Positions 45,020-57,520 of a stretch of DNA of 64,000 nucleotides are shown here, in pieces. Position 1 is the first letter of the stretch. Each line of letters begins with the position of its first letter. The stretch comes from Octopus vulgaris. Lineage: Eukaryota. The notes under the pieces were generated by a model. The model did not search any database. It saw only the letters and a list, made by a program, of their open reading frames with translations, and was not told where the DNA came from. The position numbers and the translations under genes are program-made. The stretch lies in the NCBI GenBank assembly GCA_951406725.2, contig OX597814.1:93682001-93746000 (forward strand), written 5' to 3'.

Positions 45020-46276
45020 AAGGCAGACTGTATGATGCATGTGTACGTACAGCCATGCTACATGGTAGTGAAACATGGGCTATGACTGCTGACGATATGC
45101 GTAAGCTCGCAAGAAATGAAGCCAGTATGCTCCGATGGATGTGTAATGTCAGTGTTCATAATCGACAGAGTGTAAGTACCTTGAGAGAAAAGTTGAACCT
45201 AAGAAGCATCAGTTGTGATGTGCAAGAGAGACGTTTGCGCTGGTATGGTCATGTGACGAGAATGGCTAAAGATAGTTGTGTGCAAAAGTGCCACACCCTA
45301 GCAGTTGAGGGAACATGTGGAAGAGGTAGACCCAGGAAAACCTGGGACGAAGTGGTGAAGCACGACCTTCGAACTTTAGGTCTCACCAAGGAAATGACTA
45401 GAGACCGAGACCTATGGAAGTATGCTGTGCGTGAGAAGACCCGGCAAGACTAGTGAGACCATAACCCGTGGCCAGTCGACTTATACATACCTTTCCTTCT
45501 TGGGACACAAAACTCCACTTGTGAAGACCCGTTGAGGCAAGTGAAAATCAAAATCAAAATCAAACCAAATCAAATCAGATATCAGAAAGCAGAACCAAAA
45601 TCGAAGTCGATCAACATCAATGGAAATTGCAGCTGTGATACCAGTGCCGGTGACAAGTAAGCGAACCATCCGATCGTGGCCGTTGCTAGCGCCGCCCCGA
45701 CTGGCCTCTGTGCCGGTGGCACGTAAAAAGCACCATCCGTTCGTGGTCGTTGCCAGCCTCGCCTGGCCCCCGTGCCGGTGGCACGTAAAAGCACCATCCG
45801 TTCGTGGCCGTTGCCAGCCTCGCCTGGCCCCAGTGCCGGTGGCACGTAAAAAGCACCATCCGATCGTGGTCGTTGCCAGCCTCGCCTGGCCCCCGTGCCG
45901 GTGGCACGTAAAAGCACCATCCGTATGTGGCCGTTGCCAGCCTCGCCTGGCCCCAGTGCCGGTGGCACGTAAAAAGCACCATCCGATCGTGGCCGTTGCC
46001 AGCCTCGCCTGGCCCCCGTGCCGGTGGCATGTAAAAAGCACCATCCGTCCATGGCCGTTTGCCAGCTCCGTCTGGCACCTGTGCGGGTGGCACGTAAAAA
46101 GCACCCACTACATTCACGGAGTGGTTGGCGTTAGGAAGGGCATCCAGCCGTAGAAACACTGCCAGATCAGAGTGGGCCTAATGCAGCCTTCTGGCTTCAC
46201 AGACCCCAGTTGAACCGTCCAACCCATGCTAGCATAGAAATCGGCCGCTAAATGATGATGATGATGATGATGATGA
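45020..46276 (+). mobile_element. RTE-clade LINE, 5'-truncated, with a minisatellite-bearing 3' UTR and (ATG)n tail
   Basis: MLHGSETW...RRLRWYGHVTR...GRGRPRKTW is open to a stop at 45453. The 3' end reads GGCGTTAGGAAGGGCATCCAGCCGT...AAATGATGATG. Confidence 0.92.
45644..46105 (+). repeat. GC-rich 61/62-bp minisatellite (about 7.5 units)
   Basis: GTGCCGGTG-type unit starts at 45644, 45710, 45772, 45833, 45895, 45956, 46018 and 46081. Confidence 0.95.
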
Positions 46277-46307
46277 TATACATACATTTTATATATACAT
46301 ACATACA

Positions 46308-46341
<34 letters not shown>

Positions 46342-46346
46342 CATAC

Positions 46347-46400
<54 letters not shown>

Positions 46401-48456
46401 TCTTGAATGACTTCTTAACTATTTAATTTGCCCCACTCAAATCCGGTGGTTTGCGGTGGGTCGAATTTAGCAGACTTTTCTCATAAACGCTGTGCATGAC
46501 ATTTGAATTCAAGGTAATCCCCAAGGTAAGGTCTTGTATTGATGTCTATCTATTGGAATATTCCCCTGGTAAGACGAATAGGACCCTTAATAGGTTCCTA
46601 ACGTCGAAATTGCAATAGGGAATTAACCAGTTATTTCTGTCGCCTGCAGACAGCTTTTATCGCGAAGAGAAATAACACGAGTGACAATAGTGGCTTTATA
46701 GCGGTTTTGACTGCTATTTCTAAACATGTAAGGGATTTTGAAATCTCCTTATTTATACTTGTGACTTGTTCGTAATTATGAACATTCTTCTTCTATATAT
46801 TTTATGATAACATGTTTGGCCATTGATATATTCATGATTATTAGCCGTTTATGATATATCCTCCGTAATGGATTATTAAGAGTTATCTCCCATGAATCCA
46901 TGTCCGCCAAGACTGCAATGTGTCAGCTGTCTAAGGGTATATATATGTCATTTCTTGAACCAAAGAATGGGGACAGCTACATTGCCAAAACAAATTTCTC
47001 TTCGTGCGCGTAACAACAACATAGATCGCTTTTTGAGTTGTTGTTTTTTTTGTTTTTAATGATTCTCCTTTCTACTAAAACAAAGGTTTGAGACGTCTAC
47101 ATCCATTCAGGTATGAACAAATCATTTCTTACAAATTTTCCAGTTGATTTTGTACGGCGTTCACTCTTTTAATCGCCAAATATAGCTGGCATGCTTTGGG
47201 ATGTTGCATCTCTCTTGGCTTCTAAAAGAGGACCTATGATTATTTGACCTTATCTTAAGTTCTTTGTTGTCTCAACTTATTACTGTATATATGAGTCCCC
47301 GTTATTGTTGGTCGACAGAAGCCCTGATTCGTACAACGTGGCCTGTTTGCGATATTGACCTTTCGTTCGATACTCGCTGTTAACTCTACATGAGTTTCCT
47401 GTCTTTGCGCGGGGGGAATGACATTTACTAATATTCTTTTGATACTTGCCGTACGTATGTTTGTATTCGAAAACTAGACAAAGATCTTAAGGAGAGCCGG
47501 CGTCCTATTAAATATGGTGATATATTTGACTGGCAAGTGATTTGATCTGAGATCTGGGTTTGAAACAGAAGCAGTTACAGCTTGAGATAGATATATTAGC
47601 CATTCAAAAGCATGCAAAACCCTGTTTTACTTCAATTATTAAGTAGCAAAGTTTATTAAATACATATCTATAAAAAACAGGTGTACTGAACGATAAAATA
47701 TGCAGTTATGTCCCTTATGTAAATCGGATAACACCTTTCATTTTCAAAATATAATCCTGTGTGAACACAGTTGTGGTTTCATGGGTATACATTACATCTC
47801 TCTGTAATCAACTCCAATCTATATAACACTATGAACAGAAATGAATATTTAAGTGGAAGGCGTTTGTTCGAACTTAAAACCTGTTTCAAGTCATTCAGAA
47901 AACATTTTCTCTTTAAAGGATAGTTAATAGTTATGCCCCTTGTTTTGCAAATACAGTTAAAGTTATTTCCCTTACAAGAATTATTTCGTTTCACTCTTTT
48001 TACATCATAGTTGAAAATTTTGAAAACAAATTACTCGCATAGGTGCAAGCATGGCTAAATGGTTAAAAATTTCGTTTGCGATCACGTTTGTTACGGGATC
48101 TATCATACTGTGCGTCACTTCATTCAAATATTTTCGCTTATAAAATTATAGAATACGGGGACACTCTACATCGATTATAAAATAATAATTCAAGCGACAG
48201 AATCAAATTTATCATGTGAGGACGAACATTTCAACATTTAGTACAGAATCATTCCTCAAACAAATAAGCAATGTCTAACACTGTAAAAAGATAAACCATT
48301 TGAATCATTGAAATTTTAAATTTTTACCTTTGGACTCATGTTGAATTTACTTTTCCGTCCTCTGCGCCAATAGTAAATGTAGTATAACTTTTTTAAAGAG
48401 AAATAATGTTTCCGCTAATATATTTATTTGCATATGAATTTTTTTATAACTTTCAG

Positions 48457-48631
48457 GTAAATGGTAGGTACATCCTCAAAAGTGGTACTGACTTTCGCAA
48501 TCTCAGTAAAATTACCCTAAAATGGCCCACACCAGAACCTTCCAGTGTCATTGTGGATATAGAAAGAATAGATCTGGATTCTTCATACCCTGAAGATGAA
48601 GTCACAAAAGAAGTTGTGAATGATTATTTAA
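48457..48631 (+). CDS. 5'-nucleotidase-family exon D
   Basis: tttcag acceptor and GTGAGT donor. VNGRYILKSGTDFRNLSKITLKW...EVVNDYL. Phase 0 to 1. Confidence 0.9.
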
Positions 48632-50840
48632 GTGAGTATTGACCATATTTACCATTTACAATATATTGACAATATAAATGTAAAAGAGAACGTTGAAAAT
48701 TGATTACATCAGAAAGATACTAATTTGCTTCTTGATTACCATTGATTATATGCAAAAGTGGATGTGGTGAATGTTATTGCAACATATTTTATGCTGTGTT
48801 CCACTTTTGCCAAGCACTCAGGAATCAAGCAAGGGTGAGATATACTGTTATTCAATAAAATGAAGCAAGCGGAGCTACATATTTTGTTTATGGTCTTGAA
48901 GCATAACAGTTGAAACATTGTTTCCGTCGTCAATGTCATTGTGTCTCACATGATTTGGATGTTGAATTGATGAATTTATGAAGCAAAATAACATTGAGTC
49001 AGTTCATTTAAGAACGAAGGAGAGGTTCGCATTTAAATGTTTGTTGATTAACAATGGATATAAAATATCTGACAAAACAGTTTTCTACCTAAATATAAGT
49101 TCAAATTGTGTGATTTACATCTCAACATGCACTAAAATAAATGTATATTTCTCCTTCTAAAATGCCAGTATCGAACACTTTAACGTACTGCATTAACCTA
49201 ATCAGAGAAGTGTACCCATCTCAAATGTGATTCCTTTAAATCTAGTTTTCTATCATTACATAAAATTTGGAAATATTTTTATTTAGTGTCTTGCCAAGAA
49301 TCTTTTGTTAATACGAACACACCTGTAATATTTGTTTGGTTATTTTCATCTGTATCTTAAATGAGAACAGGTATTCTTGGACTGGAGTTAACTGTTGACA
49401 ATCAAAAATACATGGTTTTTCAAAAACTACAACTTCCTGGTATTTTGTGTTAAGAAAAGTTAAACATTTCCCAAAACGTATGAATCCACATGACCCCTAT
49501 TCAATATAAATTTATTCGGTAAAAATTAAGTTATTGACAGATTATTTCTACTATTAGATGATAATAATAATAAGTAACTTTCAGAGGAATATCTGTTATC
49601 AATTTCCTACAGATTGCCTAGACAGTGCACAATTTGATATTTTTCCAAGAAATGTTACAGATTATACGAACCTGTGAATTCAAAATTTGGCAATATGAAA
49701 CTTAATCTACTGAGCTTCGTACACTCTACGAATATTTTTAAATCATTGTTATGGATAGATACATAACAATGGTAGATTAATTGTAGATATAGTAAAATGA
49801 TCCTCATTTGTGTCGAGCAGAAGTTTTCTTTGAATCCATTGTCAGACCTAATTTTAATTCTCAACTGAGGCACATTCATTTTCTCCAAGTAAACAAGCAA
49901 TTCCGCGGGGAAAAGCATAAACTTCACAATAATCCACTTAGCTTTTTAAGCAAATAAGCTACTTTGTGCCTTGTTAAAATAACCGCATATGAAATTACAT
50001 GTTTATTTATTATTTTCTTTTTGCTAGTTTTCAATCTAATGCTCGTTCATAACGGCGCTTGTTGGAATAATAATGATGTTACTATTCAGAGTCTTTCCAG
50101 TGATTTCAGATCGGATCCACTTTGTCTAAGAACGATAGTATTACGTAAGCAAGACCACTATATACCCAAGAACCATAAGAGCAACAAAATCCTGCCAGTC
50201 CTTAAAGAAGTGGAATATGCTTGTTCATTCAGCCTCTTGTAATCACTTTCTCTTCGTGGCGTAATCAGATGAAACAGTGCCCACGACCATTTTCAGGCAT
50301 CAATGATTGACAGGAGAAAGAGAGGTTATCAATGGACTAGGATTCTGGTAACAATGTTTGCAAAGGACAGGATCTGGTATTAAAATGAGCGTCAGAATAT
50401 GAACAAGAGTAGTGCCTTTGACAGGATTGCAAACTATCTAATAAAAAAATTTTAACTAGTATTGCTTTAGCCATCATGAGTTTATGGTAGAAGATATATA
50501 CTCAAGATGTGTAAAGTGGGATCGAACGTGAAATTAGATGTTGCTGGACAACTTCTTTATAACTGTGTACATACAGTTATGTGCACTGGAGCCGCGTGAG
50601 TTTAAGTATTCTGCTGCTACCATGCAGTATAGATACAATGTAGTAGCCGAGGACAGAATTTTTCAATGTGGATTCCATGGAGTATAAGGGTTCCGAATTT
50701 CGGGCGTTGGTCCTAGAGTAGAAAAGAATAATTTATTATTTGTCATTTTCTTGTACATGAGTAAAATATCTCTCTAATACAATAAGTGCTTCATTTAATG
50801 TCTTACTAAAATTTCAATGGTGAGTTCGTTGTCTATAATA

Positions 50841-51061
50841 TACAAAGGGATGCTAAATAGTTCCTGACTTTGGATACGAGAAAATACAGGAGGATTACTT
50901 AATTATGATTTTATTCAACATATTTCCCCATCAGATTCACAAACGTATTGCAGGAGGCCTTCAGTTTTTTCTAAGCCCTGCAAAAGAACATGAAATGTTG
51001 GGCCGCTAGCCAGGCCTTTTGCGACATCCTTAAAGCCAGGAACTTTTCAGCACCTCTCGTA
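50841..51061. mobile_element. mariner-type MITE with TA target duplication
   Basis: Left end TA-CAAAGGGATGCTAAATAGTTCCTGACTTT; reverse complement of right end TA-CGAGAGGTGCTGAAAAGTTCCTGGCTTT. Confidence 0.75.
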
Positions 51062-51446
51062 TGTAGTAACAGACTCTGTGAGCTTTGGAGAATAGTATAA
51101 TGGGTTCCACTCAAAATACGTCTGTGAACTACGAGTTAGTGGTTGGAAATAGTATATTGACACCCGTTCCATTCAACTGGTTGTTACTGTGCTGGAGATA
51201 TTCGTGAAAAGGATAATGCGAGTGGTAATGTGGTGATGTGAATCATGGTAATAATGATGATAGTTGAAGAGTCAGATACGGTGACGATTGGGACAAAACT
51301 GATTGTAGTAATATGTGCATTTGGAGTAGACATAATGATATTTGTTATGTTGGTAATACGGAAGGGTTATACTGATTTGATTGCATACGGCATTAATTTT
51401 AGCAAACGATTGCTTGAAAACTATCTTGTACAACTGTATTTTTCAG

Positions 51447-51542
51447 AAATTGTTGACACCAAATTAGATGAAGAGCTTGGTAATATATCAGTGCCACTCG
51501 ATGGCAGATTTAGTGCCGTCCGCACACGGGAAACCAATTTAG
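51447..51542 (+). CDS. 5'-nucleotidase-family exon E (start of C-terminal domain)
   Basis: tttcag acceptor and GTAAAT donor. KIVDTKLDEELGNISVPLDGRFSAVRTRETNL(G), with the R-x-x-E-x-N-L-G motif. Phase 1 to 1. Confidence 0.92.
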
Positions 51543-51729
51543 GTAAATGTATATTTTATATGTAATCTTTATGAAGTTGAAGTGGCATTTTAACTATTTT
51601 TGATATTTGATATATATCCTTCAGAGATGCACATATCGTCAGCCACTAAGGGACATGGTCAACTGGTTAAGGTCAAACAACTGACAAGCAAATCTGTGGT
51701 ATTGAGCAGAATATTTGCTGTAGCCCATC

Positions 51730-51796
<67 letters not shown>

Positions 51797-53483
51797 GTCA
51801 TTGCCTTTGCACAGCTAACACTGGAGATGGACTACAGTGTCAGCTGTTCCCTACCAGTGAGCTAAGATAACACATCTTATTTTTCGAGCACCTTCTGGAG
51901 TACTCGAGCGGTTCCAAGCAGTGCTGTTTTCTGCAAGTGCTCCACCCTTATTGCAGCCCCTATTTGTTCCAGGACTCCGACAATTATTGGTACTACCACT
52001 ACCTTTTTCATCGACCACAGCTGCTTAACTTCCCAAACTAACCTGTCATATCTCACGACTTTTCTTTCTTCCTTATCGCATACCTTGTTGTCAGATGGGC
52101 ATGTAATATCTATGATGCAGCATAGTTTGTTTTCTTTCTCAATTAAGACTATGTCTTGCTTCCTATTCTCTATCTCATGATCGCACTGAATCATAAAATC
52201 CCAAAGGATCTTTGCATTTTTATTTTCGACGATGCCTTCGGGTTTGTGGTCGTACCAGTTTTTTGCTATATCAAGTCCATACTTGTTGCAAAGTGTCCAA
52301 TGGACAAGCCTTGCTATATTGTCGTGGCTTCTCTTATATTCCTTCTGGGCTAGTGGCGTACATTGGCTGGCAATATGCCATACGGTTTCACCATTTTGTC
52401 GTCCACAAATTCTGCACTTATCACTTTCTGATGTGTTGTCTATTCTGTATTTTATGTAGTTTGTTCTTAGTGCTTGCTCTTCGGCAGCACAAGTTAGAGC
52501 CTCCGTTTCCGGTTTTAAATCCCTTTTAGTCATCTACAGCCATCTTTCTTCTCTGTCTGTCTTATCTTCAACATCCCTATGAAACTGGCCGTGCATTCTT
52601 TTCTTTACCCACCTATTTTCAGTTTCATTCGTTTTCAATTTTTTGTAATCTTTCATCTTTACTTCTAATAATAGCGGTTCAATGGCATTTTTTACATACC
52701 ATGCTATGTTGTTTTTTTCTGCTCTAATGCTGTGTTCGCATCCAATAAATCCTTTCTCCCTTCTTTTTCTTGGTACATATAGTCTGTCTGTGTCACTTTT
52801 TGGGTGGAGTGTCCCATATCTAGTCAGCAACTTCCTTGTCTTTCTTTCTAAGCTGTTTAGTTCATCTACTGTCCATGTGATTACCCCTGCACTATTTCTA
52901 AGGAGTGAAACCGCCCAGGTGTTGATTCTTCAATGTTATTCCGTCCGTTTAATTTCGACTTAAGGATCAGTCTCAGTCTGAGCAAGTACTCCACCTTAAA
53001 TTTTTCTCTCATTTCTTTCTCCATCAAGTTATCCATTTCCACAATCACCAAGTACTTATAGCTCGTCTCTTCTATCTGCTTCATAACCTCCACCGACGGT
53101 ATCCTTACCCCGTCCATACATTTGATTTTGTCTCTCTTCAACACTCACACACCACACCTTCTCAATACGAACTCCATTCTGGTATCAGTACTGAAGGTAT
53201 ACACCGTATCAACGAGGGCACTGACTTTATCTTCACTATAAATTTTGAGGTCATCCATGAATGACAAATGGTTGGCTTTTTGTTGGCGGCTTTTGAATTC
53301 ATACCCCACCTTCGCTTTCATCAGAATCAGTGCTAGTGGTATCAAGCAGAGTACAAAGATGAGTGGAGACAGGCAGTCCCTTGGGTAGATGCTCCTCCTA
53401 ATTTCTACTGTCCTTAAACTTCTTCCGTATGCTATCAGTTCCGTCCTCTAATTCGCCATACTTTTTCCAAGCAATCGCACAAC
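51797..53483 (-). mobile_element. R4/Dong-like LINE, RT through RLE, ending in (AAT)n
   Basis: HLSFMDDLK, HPKSDTDRLY, and a 218-aa ORF with CRIC..ETVWHIASQC, SHD, ILWDF, DIVL..IDI. Several stops and frameshifts. Confidence 0.9.
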
Positions 53484-53664
53484 ATTCTTCTTCTTCTTCT
53501 TCTTCTTCTTCTTCTTCTTCTTCTTCTTCTTCTTCTTCTTCTTCCTCTCCCCACCCCCTCCTCCTCCTCCTCCTACCCTCCCCATCCACGCCTCCTCCTC
53601 CTCCTCCTGATCATCATCATCATCATCATCATCATCATAACCATCATCATCATTATTTTTATTG

Positions 53665-53866
53665 AAGGCCGCGAGCTGGCAGAATCGTTAGCACGCCGGA
53701 CAAAATGCTTAGCTGTATTTCGTCCGTCCTTACGTTGTGAGTTCAAATTCTGATGTTGCCGACTTTGCCTGTCATCCTAAATTAAGTAGCAGAGAGACAC
53801 AAGAGTCGATTTAATCGACAACTCCTTTCCCGCCCAAATTCCAGGCTTGTGCCTTTAGCAGAAAGG

Positions 53867-53867
<1 letters not shown>
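53665..53867 (+). mobile_element. OK-like SINE between (CAT)n tracts
   Basis: AAGGCCGCGAGCTGGCAGAATCGTTAGCACGCCGG...GAGTTCAAATTC. Confidence 0.85.
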
Positions 53868-53921
<54 letters not shown>

Positions 53922-54071
53922 CACTGATAAATAAAACAGTTTCTTTTAAAATTTTTATTATTATTATTTTTTTAAACTCTTAATCAAAATATCAAACATT
54001 TTTAATTCAACGTCTATTGTTATTACTCCATGATACGATCTGACTTTTACATTTTACGACTTGCTTTTTAG

Positions 54072-54239
54072 GGAATTTCATTACTGACATAATGCTGTCA
54101 GCAACACAAGCTGATGTTGCCCTTATCAACTCAGGAACTTTCCGTTCAGATAGAATCCATCCAAAAGGACCATTCAAACTTCAGGATCTTATGGATATCT
54201 TACCTATGGTGGACCCACTTGTTGTATTAAAAATCACAG
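54072..54239 (+). CDS. 5'-nucleotidase-family exon F
   Basis: ttttag acceptor and GTTTGT donor. GNFITDIMLSATQADVALINSGTFRSDRIHPKGPFKLQDLMDILPMVDPLVVLKIT, with the N-x-G-x-x-R motif. Phase 1 to 1. Confidence 0.93.
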
Positions 54240-54681
54240 GTTTGTATTTGTATAGAATATATAATATACTATATTATTATATATAATTTAATACATTATA
54301 TACACACATACATATACAAATATTTATGTATGTGTGTGTGTGTGAGTGAGAGTGTGAGAGAGAGAGAGAGAGAGAGAGAGATAGGTTGTGGTTAGGGTGT
54401 TACATTCACGATCACTACATAGTGGTTTCAATTCCTAGACTGGGTGGTGCGCTGTGTTTTTGAGCAAAACACTTCATCCCATATGGCTCGGTGATTACTT
54501 CATCATCTGACGTACACCTGTCCAGACAACATTTTTGTTTTGATGCTGGAAGTGACCTAATGTACGGTACATACATTCGATCACTATAAACAAATCGTTT
54601 CAGCATATCGTTCAACAAAGGCTGAACGGTCACACGCCATCTTGAAATGGAGAGTCCATCAAACATACAAACATACGTACA

Positions 54682-54743
<62 letters not shown>

Positions 54744-54822
54744 ATAAGAGTAGCTCGTATACGAGTGGGTATATATTTGTAAAAAATGAAGTTTGAAAAT
54801 GCCGCTATATTAGATAAAATTT

Positions 54823-54870
54823 AATTTAACATGTTTCGGTTCTTGAAATAACGAACCTTATCAAAAAAAT
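54823..54870 (-). ncRNA. Minimal hammerhead-like motif (UUGAUAA core)
   Basis: Minus strand TTTT-TTGATAA-GGTTC-(10)-GAACC-GAAA-CATG-TT-AAATT. Perfect stem II, palindromic stem III, weak A/U stem I. Confidence 0.55.
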
Positions 54871-55195
54871 TTTTTTATAATAAAGAGAGTCCACGCTATA
54901 TGCTTAAAGAGTATGATGGAACAGTTCATAATTGTGACATACATTCAATAGAGTCAAATATAAAAAATCCATGTTCTTAAAAAGGCGAGGAGTTCATTAT
55001 AGATTTTACCTTGTGTTCCAATGGGAGCAACAGTAATGATTCTTGGTCGGCGTTCTGCTGGCGTAATTTTGGTAAATTTTGTGATTGTTGGATTTATATC
55101 AGCTAAGCTGTGGGTCCTGGTCTCTGGCACTGTTCACTGACGTCATATAGTTCCAAACCAATCAAAACCAGCTTCAACGAATATAGGGAAAATAC

Positions 55196-55501
55196 CCCTA
55201 ACTGTATCCTGTTAGGAAACCAACCAAGCGGAACGACAAGTTTGACTACGGAAGAAAAACGTCATCAATTTTTTGACGAATCGAAATTAGATCTGACCCA
55301 TGACTGTATCCTTTTAGTTGGCTAGCCCAGCAGAACGAGTAGTTTGACCACGGAAGAAAAACGTCATCAATGTTTTGACGAATCAAAATCGGGTCTGACC
55401 CATAACTGTATCTTGTGAGGAAACCGACCAAGCAGGTTGACAGTAGCTTGACCACTGAGGTAAAACGTCATCAATTTTTTGACGAATCAGAATTAGATCT
55501 G
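55196..55501. repeat. Three diverged 102-bp tandem repeats
   Basis: ACTGTATC at 55201, 55303 and 55405. Each unit contains AAAACGTCATCAAT.TTTTGACGAATC. Confidence 0.9.
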
Positions 55502-55599
55502 CTCGCAGAGAAAGAAATCTTTTTATAAATTTTTCCTTCCCTAAGACATACCACTATATATATATATATATATGTATGTATGTGTGGGTGTGTGTGTGC

Positions 55600-55649
<50 letters not shown>

Positions 55650-55738
55650 GTGTGTGTGTGTATATATATGTGTATATATATACATATATATATATGTATA
55701 TATGTATATATGTATGTATGTATATATGTATGTATGTG

Positions 55739-55788
<50 letters not shown>

Positions 55789-55849
55789 GAGAGAGAGAGA
55801 GAGAGAGGAGAGAAGGGCAATTATGTGGATAAGAGAGAGAAAGAAAGAA

Positions 55850-55890
<41 letters not shown>

Positions 55891-57194
55891 ATTTTATCGC
55901 ACCGAAACACTGATATATCTTTTGTTTTTTTTTCTTTTCTTGTGGGTGGTCTGTGGAATAAATAGTCAAATTTTCAGATGACAATCACTGAAATTTTAAA
56001 ACTACAGAATCTTAATATTTAACGTGTTGTACGTACATATAGATATGCATTCTAGCGCTCGCATATAATAAAATATGTAAGAAATATATTCATTTTAACA
56101 ATGTTTTGAGTCGCCTTTATTGAGTCATTTTCTACTCAGTCTGAAATTCTTGTGCCTATATAAGATTTGTTTTAAATGATAGCTTTCCTTGGTGATTTTC
56201 ATCTTTCCTATATAGAGATCAAAGTAGACCTAATGTACATCGGATGAAACGAGATTAACTATTGCATTACCTCCCTTGAATAGAATTAGATCGGCTAAGT
56301 TTAATAACAGAAAGAAATGAGAAGAAATGACAGAAATATGATTGTCATTTGAATTTATCAAAGTATTAACTTAGATACGCTGACCCAGAATTTCTCTATA
56401 CACCATGTTTCATATTTTGACATGAAACTAGATGGGTTGCTGTGTAATTCCTGATAGAATCAGTTAGTTAAATACAATCACTTCTACCTGGTCTCTCGTT
56501 TATTATGGAGATGAACTATAGCCGTGTATGTTGCGTAAATTACACATTAGAACAGTCTGTGAAGGCGCGTGGCTTAGTGGTGAGGGTATTCTGCTCACGA
56601 TCGTAAGGTCACGAGTTCGATTCTCAACGGCGCCTTGTGTCATTGAGCAAGACACTTTATTTCACGTTGCAACAGTATACTCAGCTGAAAAAAATTAATA
56701 GTACCTGTATTTCAAAAGGCCAGCCTTAGGGGTGGCTGGTATGCGTAGGTGACTGCTAGTCTTCCATAAACAACTTTGCCCAGACTTGTGCCTTGGAGGG
56801 GACCTTCCTTGGTGCATTTCCTTTGTCATTCATGACTGAAGTGGGTATTTACCCTTTACTCTTTACAACACTCTAAATTTGTGCCTTATTCTATTTTGAC
56901 TCCACGTAACAGTAAAAAAGTAAGAACATGTATGCAAAAGGTAAGACAATTAGGAACTTGCAGCTTTGTTCCCTGCTTATAACATTACATTATTTAGAGA
57001 ATAACCTCGATAATCTAAGGATTTTAAGGGACCTTCTTTGTTCCTGTCACAATTCTATTTTAAAATTTTGTGCCAGTTGTTTTTAAATTTGGTGTACTGA
57101 TGTAGTTTTGTATGCTAATCTTTGCCATAAATTAAGAAATAAAATTTAATAGCTTTTAAAGTTTGTAATTAATGTTGAACTTATTTCCTAAAAG

Positions 57195-57367
57195 GTGCAA
57201 AACTGGTGGAAGCTTTGGAAAACAGTGTTTCTGAATACCCCAAATTAGAAGGACGTTTCGGTCAAGTGTCAGGAATCATATTCGGGTTCGATCCCAGTAA
57301 ACCACAAGGTCACCGAGTGGAGTCAGAATTGATAAAAGTACAAGGCGAGTATTTAGAGTTAGAAAAG
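57195..57367 (+). CDS. 5'-nucleotidase-family exon G
   Basis: aaag acceptor and GTATGT donor. GAKLVEALENSVSEYPKLEGRFGQVSGIIFGFDPSKPQGHRV...LELEK. Phase 1 to 0. Confidence 0.9.
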
Positions 57368-57420
57368 GTATGTTCATATTTTTGTTTCATTTCTATTTAT
57401 CATTATATCATTATCATAGT

Positions 57421-57520
<100 letters not shown>

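Noticed and set aside
45644-46105. CRISPR-like array of hairpin repeats
   Set aside because: The intervening sequences are themselves repeated (no unique spacers), there are no cas genes, and the array lies in a eukaryotic LINE 3' UTR.
45481-46159. Four long overlapping ORFs of 156-207 aa
   Set aside because: They are a by-product of a GC-rich repeat with a 123-bp period.
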